A DNA stretch of 64,000 nucleotides. Source: an uncultured Chryseobacterium sp. Its GTDB lineage: Bacteria > Bacteroidota > Bacteroidia > Flavobacteriales_F > PHOS-HE28. The notes beneath the pieces are model-generated. The model saw only the letters and a program-made list of their open reading frames with translations. It ran no database searches and had not been told where the DNA came from. Shown here piece after piece: positions 18,921-28,298 of this stretch. The stretch covers positions 31,529-95,528 of the forward strand of contig CAZYPC010000001.1 of assembly GCA_964649165.1 (NCBI GenBank), in the 5' to 3' direction. The translations under genes were made by a program, and so were the position numbers. Position 1 is the first letter of the stretch. The number at the start of each line of letters is the position of its first letter.

Positions 18921-20152
18921 TGGTCGCAAGCCGAACCCTTTGTGCGCTGACAGGTCTTGGTGCGGCGCTGGTCCTGTGCGCCCAGCCGCAGTGGAGCGCG
19001 CCGTTGGCCCCTGTGGAGCGCGGGGGCTACTATACCGTCGTGCTTTCGCCGGAAGTGATCGGCCGATCCCGCGAGGACCTGTCCGACCTGCGCCTGTTGG
19101 ACTCGGCGGGAAAGGAGGTGGCCTACCTGGTCGAGCGCGAGCCCGCGATGTACGAACGCTCCTGGATGCGCTCCTACAAGCTCCTGCGGAACGAACGGCT
19201 GAAGCGCACCACGGTGGTGGAGATGGAAGCCGACAGCACGGGCACGGTGGATGAACTCCTGGTACGGGTGCGCAATGCGCGCGTGAGCAAACGCGCTCGG
19301 ATCACGGGCAGCGATGATCGCTCGGACTGGTACATGATCCAGGATGAATGCCTCGCCGTGGGTGAAGGCGATGGGGCGACGAGCGTGCTCCGGTTCGTGG
19401 ACCTGCCCTTGAGCGACTACCGCTACTACCGGATCGTACTGGATGATTCCCTGAGCGCTCCCGTGCAGGTGCTGGACCTCGGGCACAGCGCTCGCATGCG
19501 CAGTGAAGGACGCTACACGGAGATCGACGGGCTGTCGTTCACCCGGACCGAAGACCGGTCGATCACGCGGATCGCGTTGTTCGGCGGCTCGCCCTTCCGT
19601 GCGGAACGTCTGCGGTTCAACATCCGGAGCGATGTGCCCTTCCAGCGCCGCGCCAAGCTCGCGCATCATGTCAGCTACACCGTGCGTGAGCGCAAGCGCG
19701 AGGTGACGCGGATGAGCGAGGAACCACTCGGCGACCTCACGTTGACCCGCAGCTCGCGCGGCAACGTGCCGGGGCCGAACACCATTGTCGATACGCTCTT
19801 CGTGCTGATCGAGAACGGCAACGACCGGCCACTGGACATCACCGGCATCCATGCGCTGCAACTCGAAACACGACTGGTCGCGAAACTGGAGGCAGGAGCA
19901 CGGTACACGATCACCACGGCGGATACGAAAGCGACGATGCCCCGGTATGACATCGCCCACTTTCGCGACAGCCTGCCGACTTCCATCGCCACCTTGAACG
20001 TCCCGGCAATGACGGCACGACCGAAGGCACCTGCCCCGGAACCTCCATTCACGCCTTCGATGTACTGGGTGTGGGCGGCGATCATCGGCATCGGCGCGAT
20101 CATCGCGGTCTCCTCGGTGCGCTTGCTGCGGCGGTCATCAACGAACGACTGA
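18917..20152 (+). CDS. DUF3999-like protein (signal peptide + C-terminal TM anchor)
   Basis: ATGA overlap with the DUF2339 gene. Signal peptide MMVASRTLCALTGLGAALVLCAQ and C-terminal helix MYWVWAAIIGIGAIIAVSSV. The DUF2339/DUF3999 pairing is recalled from other genomes. Confidence 0.5.
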   Translation: MMVASRTLCALTGLGAALVLCAQPQWSAPLAPVERGGYYTVVLSPEVIGRSREDLSDLRLLDSAGKEVAYLVEREPAMYERSWMRSYKLLRNERLKRTTVVEMEADSTGTVDELLVRVRNARVSKRARITGSDDRSDWYMIQDECLAVGEGDGATSVLRFVDLPLSDYRYYRIVLDDSLSAPVQVLDLGHSARMRSEGRYTEIDGLSFTRTEDRSITRIALFGGSPFRAERLRFNIRSDVPFQRRAKLAHHVSYTVRERKREVTRMSEEPLGDLTLTRSSRGNVPGPNTIVDTLFVLIENGNDRPLDITGIHALQLETRLVAKLEAGARYTITTADTKATMPRYDIAHFRDSLPTSIATLNVPAMTARPKAPAPEPPFTPSMYWVWAAIIGIGAIIAVSSVRLLRRSSTND

Positions 20153-21904
20153 ATGCGGAATATCCTGACCGGTCTGTTGGCCTGGGCCATCGGGGCGACG
20201 ATATCGTCGCCCCTGCGGGCACAATGCGACGGATGCCTCGCGAACATTTCCTGTTCCGTGGATCCCGCCTACCCGACGCTCTGCCCCACGCAACCGCCCG
20301 ATGCGACCGCCGGGGAACCCTACAGCGCGGACATCACCTTCTGGTTGCCCGTGAATTTCACCGATCCCGGTACCGGCTTCAACGTGGACTTCATGCTCAT
20401 GACCATCACCGGCGTGAGCGGTCTGCCGTACGGATTGGACATCACCTACAGCGAACCCTCGGGAGTCTATCATCCGCAGGATAACCAGTACGGTTGCGCG
20501 CGCATCTGCGGCACGCCGATCAGTGCGGGCACCTATACGGTCACCATCAGCATCCTCGCCGGCGTGGAGTACAACGGATTCCCGATCAACGCCGTGGAGC
20601 AATTCCCGCTCACGCTGGTCGTGCAGCCGGGAACGAGCAGCAATACCAGCTTCTCCTTCACGCCGAACACCGGTTGCGGATCAGTGGAAGTGCAGCTCGA
20701 TGCGCTCATTGATGGGCAGGGTTCTCCAGTGACGTACGCATGGGACTTCGGCAACGGCAACACGGGCACGGAAGCGACAAGCACCCAAGCCTATGACGCA
20801 CCTGGCACGTACAGCATCAGCTTGGAGACCAGCATCGGTGGCTACGTGCTCAACAACGTTTCCGTCGGTGGCGTGAACGACAACTGGTGCGGTGATGTGG
20901 AGGAGATCGAGCTCTTCGGCAGCTGCCAGGGCGACCCGGACATCTACTTCATCCTCACCGATGGGCAGGGCGGGACCTATGAATCATCGCACGGCGAGGA
21001 CAGCGGGAGCGAAAGCTGGAGCGGTTTGAACATCACACTCGGCACACCGCCCTACGCCATCGAGTTCTGGGACGAGGATCCGATCAGCGTGGATGACGCG
21101 CTCGGCACCTACAACATCCCGCAGAACGGCGAAGGCGACTACACCTTCACCGTTGCGGGCGGGACGTTCGGCAGCCTGCACATCGACCTGGTCCCGCTTC
21201 AAGTGTTCAGCGACACGGACACGGTGGTGGTCTTCGCCGCACCGCAACCGATAATCAGCTACGATACGCTCGATGCGCAGATCTGCGTGAGCGACACGGG
21301 GCTGGTCGGCATCACCTGGTTCAATGATGGGGACACGGTGATGACGGGCAATGTCTGCATGAACGCGGACAGCTCGGGCACTTGGTGGGCCGTGGTGAAC
21401 AATGCCTTCGGCTGCCCGACAAGCACGGATACCGTGGTCATCTGCCCGATCATCACCATCGAACAGAACGGCGAAGTGCTCTACACCGAGACCGATCTCA
21501 GCAATTACCAATGGACATGGAATGGCGAGCCCATCGCAGGTGCGGATGGGCCGTTCATCATCGCGGAGACCGGCGGGCTTTATGCCGTGAGCGCGACGGA
21601 CGAGAATGACTGCCTGCTCAGTGCGGAGTTCCAGCTGGTGATCATGTCGGCGCCGAGTATGGCCGTGGGGTCCGACCTCCTTCGCGTTTTCCCATCGCTG
21701 GCGAACGACCGTATCACCGTACGCACTACGATCCCCGGATCGATCCGCGTGGACGATGCCTTTGGCAGGACCGTGCTCGACCTCGGGAAGATCGCACCGG
21801 GGGACCGGATCATCGCCGTTCAGTCGCTCCCGGTAGGGCCTTACCACGTGCGATTGGACCATGCCGACGGCTCGGCCGTAGCGCGGTTCGTGCTGCAGCA
21901 TTGA
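20153..21904 (+). CDS. PKD-domain T9SS cargo protein
   Basis: Its ATG directly follows the previous stop (TGAATG). PKD block YAWDFGNGNTGTEATSTQAYDAPGTYSISLETS. C-terminal T9SS CTD LRVFPSLANDRITV...VGPYHVRLDHADGSAVARFVLQH. Confidence 0.8.
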   Translation: MRNILTGLLAWAIGATISSPLRAQCDGCLANISCSVDPAYPTLCPTQPPDATAGEPYSADITFWLPVNFTDPGTGFNVDFMLMTITGVSGLPYGLDITYSEPSGVYHPQDNQYGCARICGTPISAGTYTVTISILAGVEYNGFPINAVEQFPLTLVVQPGTSSNTSFSFTPNTGCGSVEVQLDALIDGQGSPVTYAWDFGNGNTGTEATSTQAYDAPGTYSISLETSIGGYVLNNVSVGGVNDNWCGDVEEIELFGSCQGDPDIYFILTDGQGGTYESSHGEDSGSESWSGLNITLGTPPYAIEFWDEDPISVDDALGTYNIPQNGEGDYTFTVAGGTFGSLHIDLVPLQVFSDTDTVVVFAAPQPIISYDTLDAQICVSDTGLVGITWFNDGDTVMTGNVCMNADSSGTWWAVVNNAFGCPTSTDTVVICPIITIEQNGEVLYTETDLSNYQWTWNGEPIAGADGPFIIAETGGLYAVSATDENDCLLSAEFQLVIMSAPSMAVGSDLLRVFPSLANDRITVRTTIPGSIRVDDAFGRTVLDLGKIAPGDRIIAVQSLPVGPYHVRLDHADGSAVARFVLQH

Positions 21905-22458
21905 TCCGAACGAACAGGCGGCACAGTCCCCTGCAGAGAATTTATTGCCGGAGCCGTGCCGCCCGCCTCAATGCCCCCCGGTCTTACCCGTTTCCCGGTG
22001 GACCTGTTCCCATTCGCCCTCATGCCGGGCCCTGATCCAGGAGTTGGAGCTTGGTCGTGTCTTCCTTGGTGGGATCCAGCGAACAAAGCACTGGATCGCG
22101 TGTGTTGGCCAGGCCACATTGGGCGTGGCTCGCGCAGCCAGCAAAGAACAGCAAGCAAGTGCCCATGACCCGAACGACTCCATCAGGGCGTACTCGCGCT
22201 CCGCTCCCCCCTCTGACGGCCCTTCTCCCTGCGTCTCGTTCACGGCAGTACTTCGTTGTCCCGGCAAAGTAGCGGTTAGCGCGGGTCAATCCCTGCGGGC
22301 CATATCCATGATCACATGAACCAAAGGACGGGCGGTGTGTACCATCCACACCGACCTGCTCGGATCTAACATCTGTTCACATGGCACGCCCTGCCCACCC
22401 CCCTACTTTCGGCCAACATTCCCCACGCTGGCGCGTTCCTTGACCGCCAGCACCCCCT

Positions 22459-25400
22459 ATGCCCTCCGACTACAACCTGCTGATCGAGAAGCTGGATGCC
22501 TTCATCCGGAAGTACTACAAGGACCGCCTGATCCGCGGGGCCTTGTACAGCACAGGCCTGCTCGTGCTCTTCTTTCTGGGCGCATCGCTCAGCGAGTACT
22601 TCGGGCGCTTCGGCACCACGGCGCGCACGGTGTTGTTCTGGGGCTTCCTCTTCGTGGCCGCTGGCGTGTTGGCGCGCTTCATCGTTTTCCCCCTGGTGAA
22701 GCTGTTCCACCTCGGTAAAGTGATCTCGCATGACGAGGCCGCGAACATCGTGGGCCAGCACTTCCGCGAGGTGAAGGACAAGCTGCTGAACACGCTGCAA
22801 CTCCGCGAGCAGGCCAACAGCAACTTCGTGAATCGTGAACTCATCGAGGCCAGCATCGCGCAGCGCAGTCGCGAACTCTCTCCTGTCCCCTTCGCGGCGG
22901 CGATCGACTTCTCGAAGAACCGCAAGTACCTGCGCTACGCCCTGCCTCCCCTGGCGGTGCTCATCATCCTGCTCTTCGCCGCGCCCAGCCTGATCACCGA
23001 CCCGGCGAACCGCATCATCAAACACGGCAAGGAGTTCGCGCCCGACGCGCCGTTCCGCTTCATCGTGCTCGACAGCAACCTCACGGTTCCCGAGCAGGAG
23101 GACTTCGAGCTGCATGTGGCCATCACCGGTGAGTTCGTGCCGCAACTGGTGGAACTCGATATCAACGGGCAGCGCATACCGCTGGTGAAACAGGACGCCG
23201 CGCATTTCACCCATCGCTTCCGGAATGTGCAGCAGGCCATCGACTTCAAGCTCACGGCCGAGGGTTTCTACAGCGATGGCTACACGCTCAACGCCGTGAG
23301 CAACCCCATGCTCACCGACCTCGCGCTGCGGTTGGAGTACCCGCCCTACCTCGGCATGGCGAACACCAGCACGAACGGCAACGGCGACGTCACCGTGCCG
23401 GTGGGAACCCGCATCACCTGGACCGCCACCACGCGCAGCACGGACGAACTGCTGCTCGCTTTTGACGACACCACCTTCGCCCTGCAGCCACAAGGCGACA
23501 ATGCCTTCCTGTCGTCGCGCCGCTTCCTGCAGAGCCGCACCTACACGCTCGTGCCGCGCAAAGGAGACCGGGTCGCGCAGCACCCGCTGCAATACCGCGT
23601 GGATGTGGTGCCCGATCTCTACCCTACCATCCTCGTGGAGCAGAAGACCGACAGCACCTCTCCGAAGCGTCTCTACTTCAAGGGCGATGTCGCCGACGAC
23701 CATGGCTTCGCCAAACTGGTCTTCCACTACGGCTTCTCCGAGGGTGGCGACAGCGTGATGACCGATCGACGCGAGCGCACGCAAGAGCTCACCATCGACC
23801 GGAAGAACACGCGCCAGGAGTTCTTCCACTATTGGGACCTGAGCGACCTGCGCTTGCTGCCCGGCGACAAGCTCGAGTACTGGTTCGAGGTGTGGGACAA
23901 CGACGGCGTACACGGCAGCAAGAGCGCCCGCAGTGGCACGCAAGTTTTCGAAGCTCCCACGTTGAAGGAACTGGCCGACAAGCAGGACGCGCAGAACGAA
24001 GTGGTAAAGGACCAGTTGAAGGAGAGCATCAAGGATGCCCAGGAACTGCAGCGCGAACTGGACAAGATGCGTCGCGACATGCTGGACAAGAAGGAGCTGA
24101 ACTGGCAGGACAAACAGAAGCTCGAGAACGTGATGCAGAAGCAGAAGGAACTGCAGCAACGCATCGAGAAGACCACCGAGCAGTTCAAACAGAACAACCA
24201 GGAGCAGCAGAGCTTCAAGGAAATGGACGAGCGCCTGCTCCAGAAGCAACAGCAGGTGCAGGAGCTCTTCGAGAACGTGTTGAGCGAGGAGATGAAGAAG
24301 CTCTACGAGGAGGTGCAGAAGCTCATGGAGCAGATGAACAAGGAGGACCTCCAGCAGAAGATGGAGGATATGAAGATGAGCCAGGAGGACATCGAGAAGG
24401 AGCTCGACCGCGCCATGGAACAGTTCAAGCGCATGGAGGTGGAACAGAAGGCCGAGGACATCGCCGACCAGCTGGAGGACCTTGCCGAGAAACAGAAGGA
24501 ACTGTCCGAGGAAACGAAGAACGAGAAAGGCGACAACAGCGAACAGCAGAAGAAGCAGGAGGAGCTTAACAAGGAATTCGAGGACATCCGCAAGCAGCTG
24601 GACGAGCTGGAGCAGAAGAACAGCGAGTTGGAAACCCCGGTGGAACTGCCCAAGACCGATGAGCAGGAGCAGGAGATCCAGAAGGAGCAGGAGGGCAGCC
24701 AGCAGGACATGCAGCAGAAGGAGAACCAGAAGGCCGGCGAGAAACAGCAGAAGGCCGGGGAACAGATGGAGCAGATGGCCTTCCAGATGAAGAGCGCCAT
24801 GGGCGCCAATGAGCAGGAGCAACAGGAGGAGGACATGGACGCGCTGCGTCAGCTGTTGGAGAACATCGTGGAATTGAGCTTCGACCAGGAGGCCGCACTG
24901 AACGACCTGGGCCGCACCGCCGCGAAAGACCCCCACCTGGTGGACATCGGCCGGCAGCAGAAGAAGATGCGCGACGACGCCAAGGTGATCGAGGACTCGC
25001 TCTTCGCCCTCAGCAAGCGCGTTCCGCAGTTGCAGGCGGCCGTGAACCGCGAGATGAACGCCGTTAACGAGAACATGGACCAGGCCATGGAGCACCTGGC
25101 CATCAGTCGCGCCGATATGCGCGGCAAGCCCCAGGCGGCGGACAAACAGCAGCGCGCCATGACCGGACTCAACAACCTGGCGCTCCTGCTGGACGAGGCG
25201 CTGCAACAGATGCAGCAACAACAACAGCAGAGCGGCATGCCAGGCAGCGGCAAATGCAACAAGCCCGGCGGAAGCGGCAGCAGCAGCGGTGACAGCAAGA
25301 AGATGGCCAAGACCAAGGCCAACCAACAGGCCTTGAGCAAGCAGTTGGAAGAGATGAAGAAGGCCCTGGAGAAGAACGGCAAGAAGCCCGGGGGAAAGCC

Positions 25401-25896
25401 CGGCCAGAAGCCGGGAGAGAAGCCCGGGGCCGATGGTAAACCCGGCGGCATGGGGCTGCCCGGCATGAGCCAGCAGCTCGCCCAACTCGCTGCACAACAA
25501 GCCGCCATCCGCAAGGAGATGCAAAGGGCCGCCCAGGAATTGAACAAGGATGGCAGCGGCGCAGGGCAGCCCCTGCAAAAGCTGGCCGAGGAGATGGAGA
25601 AGAACGAGAAGGACATCGTGAACCGCAACATCACGCAGGAAACGCTGAAGCGCCAGCAGGACATCATGGTGCGCCTGCTGGAGGCCGAGAAGAGCGAGCG
25701 CGAGCGCGAACTCGACAACAAACGCGAGAGCAACGAGGGTCGCGAAACGCCCCACGCGGACCCCGCCCGCTTCTTCGAGTACCAGCGCAACAAGCAGCGC
25801 GAGGCCGAACTTTTACGAACAGTACCCCCGGGATTGAAGCCGTACTACAAGGCCAGGGTGGCGGAGTATTTCGATACTTTTGACCGACCCCGATAA
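22459..25896 (+). CDS. DUF4175-like large membrane-anchored coiled-coil protein
   Basis: N-terminus YNLLIEKLDAFIRKYYKDRLIRGALY followed by two TM helices, as I recall for DUF4175. The central region of about 600 aa is Q/E/K-rich coiled coil. Confidence 0.7.
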   Translation: MPSDYNLLIEKLDAFIRKYYKDRLIRGALYSTGLLVLFFLGASLSEYFGRFGTTARTVLFWGFLFVAAGVLARFIVFPLVKLFHLGKVISHDEAANIVGQHFREVKDKLLNTLQLREQANSNFVNRELIEASIAQRSRELSPVPFAAAIDFSKNRKYLRYALPPLAVLIILLFAAPSLITDPANRIIKHGKEFAPDAPFRFIVLDSNLTVPEQEDFELHVAITGEFVPQLVELDINGQRIPLVKQDAAHFTHRFRNVQQAIDFKLTAEGFYSDGYTLNAVSNPMLTDLALRLEYPPYLGMANTSTNGNGDVTVPVGTRITWTATTRSTDELLLAFDDTTFALQPQGDNAFLSSRRFLQSRTYTLVPRKGDRVAQHPLQYRVDVVPDLYPTILVEQKTDSTSPKRLYFKGDVADDHGFAKLVFHYGFSEGGDSVMTDRRERTQELTIDRKNTRQEFFHYWDLSDLRLLPGDKLEYWFEVWDNDGVHGSKSARSGTQVFEAPTLKELADKQDAQNEVVKDQLKESIKDAQELQRELDKMRRDMLDKKELNWQDKQKLENVMQKQKELQQRIEKTTEQFKQNNQEQQSFKEMDERLLQKQQQVQELFENVLSEEMKKLYEEVQKLMEQMNKEDLQQKMEDMKMSQEDIEKELDRAMEQFKRMEVEQKAEDIADQLEDLAEKQKELSEETKNEKGDNSEQQKKQEELNKEFEDIRKQLDELEQKNSELETPVELPKTDEQEQEIQKEQEGSQQDMQQKENQKAGEKQQKAGEQMEQMAFQMKSAMGANEQEQQEEDMDALRQLLENIVELSFDQEAALNDLGRTAAKDPHLVDIGRQQKKMRDDAKVIEDSLFALSKRVPQLQAAVNREMNAVNENMDQAMEHLAISRADMRGKPQAADKQQRAMTGLNNLALLLDEALQQMQQQQQQSGMPGSGKCNKPGGSGSSSGDSKKMAKTKANQQALSKQLEEMKKALEKNGKKPGGKPGQKPGEKPGADGKPGGMGLPGMSQQLAQLAAQQAAIRKEMQRAAQELNKDGSGAGQPLQKLAEEMEKNEKDIVNRNITQETLKRQQDIMVRLLEAEKSERERELDNKRESNEGRETPHADPARFFEYQRNKQREAELLRTVPPGLKPYYKARVAEYFDTFDRPR

Positions 25897-25902
25897 CGCC
25901 CG

Positions 25903-26340
25903 ATGGCAACCCTTACCGAGGACGTCCAGTTCACCCAGCGCATCGAATTCCCCGCCAAGGCGGAGAACATCGCGCTGGCCGAAAAGCTCATCGATGAGGC
26001 CTGCCAGAAGCATGGCGTGCACGAAAGCCATTATGGCGACATCCTCATCGCCATTACCGAAGCGGTGAACAACGCCATCCACCATGGCAATCGGCTGGAC
26101 CCTGCCAAGAACGTGATGCTCGGCTACAAGCTCGACGGGGACAAGATCGTGTTCGTCGTCGGCGATGATGGCCCCGGCTTCGACTTCGACCATCTGCCCG
26201 ACCCCACCGACCCGCAGAACCTGGAGAAGCCCCACGGACGCGGCGTCTTCCTCATGCGCACCCTGGCTGACAGCATCGAGTTCAGCGATAATGGCGCCAC
26301 CGTGGCCATGGCCTTCAGCCTGCAGCCGGTGAAAGAGTGA
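25903..26340 (+). CDS. HATPase_c-type ATP-binding protein (RsbW/SpoIIAB-like anti-sigma kinase fold)
   Basis: N-box ILIAITEAVNNAIHHGN, G1 box GDDGPGFD and G2 box GRGVFLM in a 145-aa protein. Confidence 0.75.
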   Translation: MATLTEDVQFTQRIEFPAKAENIALAEKLIDEACQKHGVHESHYGDILIAITEAVNNAIHHGNRLDPAKNVMLGYKLDGDKIVFVVGDDGPGFDFDHLPDPTDPQNLEKPHGRGVFLMRTLADSIEFSDNGATVAMAFSLQPVKE

Positions 26341-26765
26341 TGGCCAGGTCCGGCCGCATCGAATTCCTCGCTCGTTCCGTTCCCTCCGCCTATCGCGACC
26401 GTCGCCGCTTGCGCAAATGGCTCGTCGCCGTGGCCAGGGACCACGGGCATAGCATCGGTGAGCTGAACTACGTGCTGATGAGCGACAAGGAGTTGCTCAC
26501 CTACAACCGCGAGTTCCTCCAGCACGATGAGTTCACGGACGTCATCACCTTCGACGGCCAGACGGGCACCGGCGTAAGCGGCGATGTGCTCATGAGCCTG
26601 GACCGCATCAAGGACAATGCGGGAACGTTCGGCGTGAGCGCACAGCATGAACTGCGGCGGGTGATGGTGCACGGATTGTTGCACTTGCTCGGACATACGG
26701 ACAAGAGCGCCGTGAAACGCAAGGCCATGAGCGCGCTGGAGGACAAGTACTTGGCGCGCTACTGA
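26340..26765 (+). CDS. ybeY: rRNA maturation endoribonuclease YbeY
   Basis: Zinc-binding motif HGLLHLLGHTD near the C-terminus and a size of about 141 aa. The ATG overlaps the preceding TGA (TGATG). Confidence 0.9.
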   Translation: MARSGRIEFLARSVPSAYRDRRRLRKWLVAVARDHGHSIGELNYVLMSDKELLTYNREFLQHDEFTDVITFDGQTGTGVSGDVLMSLDRIKDNAGTFGVSAQHELRRVMVHGLLHLLGHTDKSAVKRKAMSALEDKYLARY

Positions 26766-26867
26766 AGAACGTGCCGCTGTCGCGGCATCAGATTTTACCG
26801 CAGAGAGCGCTGAGGTGCGCAGAGAAATTCGGATCACCGGCCCATACCGCTAGCCACGGGCCGGTCT

Positions 26868-27281
26868 TCAAGGCAAACGCACGCCCTGCTGCACCAGCTG
26901 TCCGCGCAGCACCTTCGATCGCTGCACCAGCTTGGAGGTCTCGATCGCGCTCTGCTCGAAGGGCGGCGCTGATTTTTTAAGCCTCTTGCGCTGCCGCTTC
27001 ATCTCCTTGTCGAGTCCTTTCACATCGTCGCGGATGCGGCCCAGTGCGGCCTTGCGGTCCTGCCCGGCCTTCGCGATGGCATCGATGCCGGTGGCGGTCG
27101 TTTCCAGCGCATCGCGGTAAGCCCGCAGGGTATCCCGGTACGCGTCCATATCGAACCGCATCGCTGTGAACGCCTTCGTTCGGTCCGACATGCGGAGATA
27201 AGTGCTGTCACCGATGACGGCTTGCGCGCGAGCGGCCAAACCGAGGAGGGGAACACAGAACAGGATGATCAGGCGCGACAT
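26868..27281 (-). CDS. Secreted coiled-coil hypothetical protein
   Basis: Start reset to MSRLIILFCVPLLGLAARAQA (signal peptide). The rest is helical and charged. Confidence 0.5.
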   Translation of the reverse strand: MSRLIILFCVPLLGLAARAQAVIGDSTYLRMSDRTKAFTAMRFDMDAYRDTLRAYRDALETTATGIDAIAKAGQDRKAALGRIRDDVKGLDKEMKRQRKRLKKSAPPFEQSAIETSKLVQRSKVLRGQLVQQGVRLP

Positions 27282-27311
27282 GGCGCAAAGATGCGCCCAT
27301 CGCACGACCGC

Positions 27312-28187
27312 TCAGTTGTGCGAGCTCACCCGCTGCACGCCCAGCATATCGCCCATGCGGCACAAGGCCCCGCCAACGGCCGCGTATCCGGTAGCGGCCA
27401 CCGCCTTCAACGTGCTGTGCCGCTTCTTGAAGCTCCACACGTCCTTCAGGAACAGCGGGAAGTTGTGGTCGTTCAGCAGGTCGAACGCCACGGAGATCGT
27501 CGGCTCCAGGCTCTTGGCCGTGTGCCAGATGCCGAAGGGGATGAACAGCGTTTCGCCAGGGCCTACCACGAAGCGGATGGGCGTGGCGTTCCTGTACTTC
27601 GGGAACTTGGTCAGGTCCACATTCTCCAGATCCGGGATCTCGCTGATCCACGGGTCGCCCGGCTTGGGGTACATGTATTCGTCCTGCCCCCGCGGCCACA
27701 CCGTGAACTCTTTGTGGCCGTAAAGCTGGTTGACCCAGGCGCTCAAATGGTAGTAATCCACGTGCGCGTAAGGGAACTTGCCCCCCGTGCCGCCGATGAA
27801 CAATTCCAAGGCGCTGCCCCAGTAGCCGCGCTTGAACCAGGAGCTCTCCAGCCAGTTCGGCTTCGCGTAACCGAGGTTCACCGGCATCACCATGGGCAAG
27901 ACCTCCGGCAGGGTTGTCGGGATGTGGAATTTGCATGGGTAGGGCACCGGCCGGCTCGTGTCCTTGCCCTCCACCAGATCCAGGATCTCGGTCATGGTGT
28001 AGGTCACATCATTCACCTCGGTCTTGCGGTCGCCGTAGTTCTTGCGGAACCAGTCCGGCGTGAAGGTGTTGTACGCCCCCCACACCTTGGTGGCGTTCTT
28101 CAACACCAGCGGGATGCCCGGCTTCCAGTGTTTCTCGATGAACTCCTCGTGCGTGATCTCTGACGCGTCGACCTTGCGGACTTCCAT
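27312..28187 (-). CDS. Cupin-like / JmjC-domain protein
   Basis: LELFIGGTGGKFPYAHVDYYHLSAWVNQLYGHKEFTVWP ... GETLFIPFGIWHTAKSLEPTISVAF fits the H-x-D...H JmjC/cupin_8 pattern. Confidence 0.75.
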   Translation of the reverse strand: MEVRKVDASEITHEEFIEKHWKPGIPLVLKNATKVWGAYNTFTPDWFRKNYGDRKTEVNDVTYTMTEILDLVEGKDTSRPVPYPCKFHIPTTLPEVLPMVMPVNLGYAKPNWLESSWFKRGYWGSALELFIGGTGGKFPYAHVDYYHLSAWVNQLYGHKEFTVWPRGQDEYMYPKPGDPWISEIPDLENVDLTKFPKYRNATPIRFVVGPGETLFIPFGIWHTAKSLEPTISVAFDLLNDHNFPLFLKDVWSFKKRHSTLKAVAATGYAAVGGALCRMGDMLGVQRVSSHN

Positions 28188-28298
28188 GGCGATGATTGAG
28201 CACGCTGGAACGCGCGCTCCGAGGGGAAAGATACAGGCGCTCCCGAGGGGGTTCGCGCTGACGGAAGTCAGGCCATCAACGATCGGATGAGGATGCGA

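Noticed and set aside
22366-25755. 1129-aa minus-strand ORF, the longest in that region
   Set aside because: It is the antisense shadow of the DUF4175 coiled-coil gene. The translation is L/Q/H/A low-complexity with no motifs, whereas the plus-strand frame has a recognisable N-terminus and coiled-coil chemistry.
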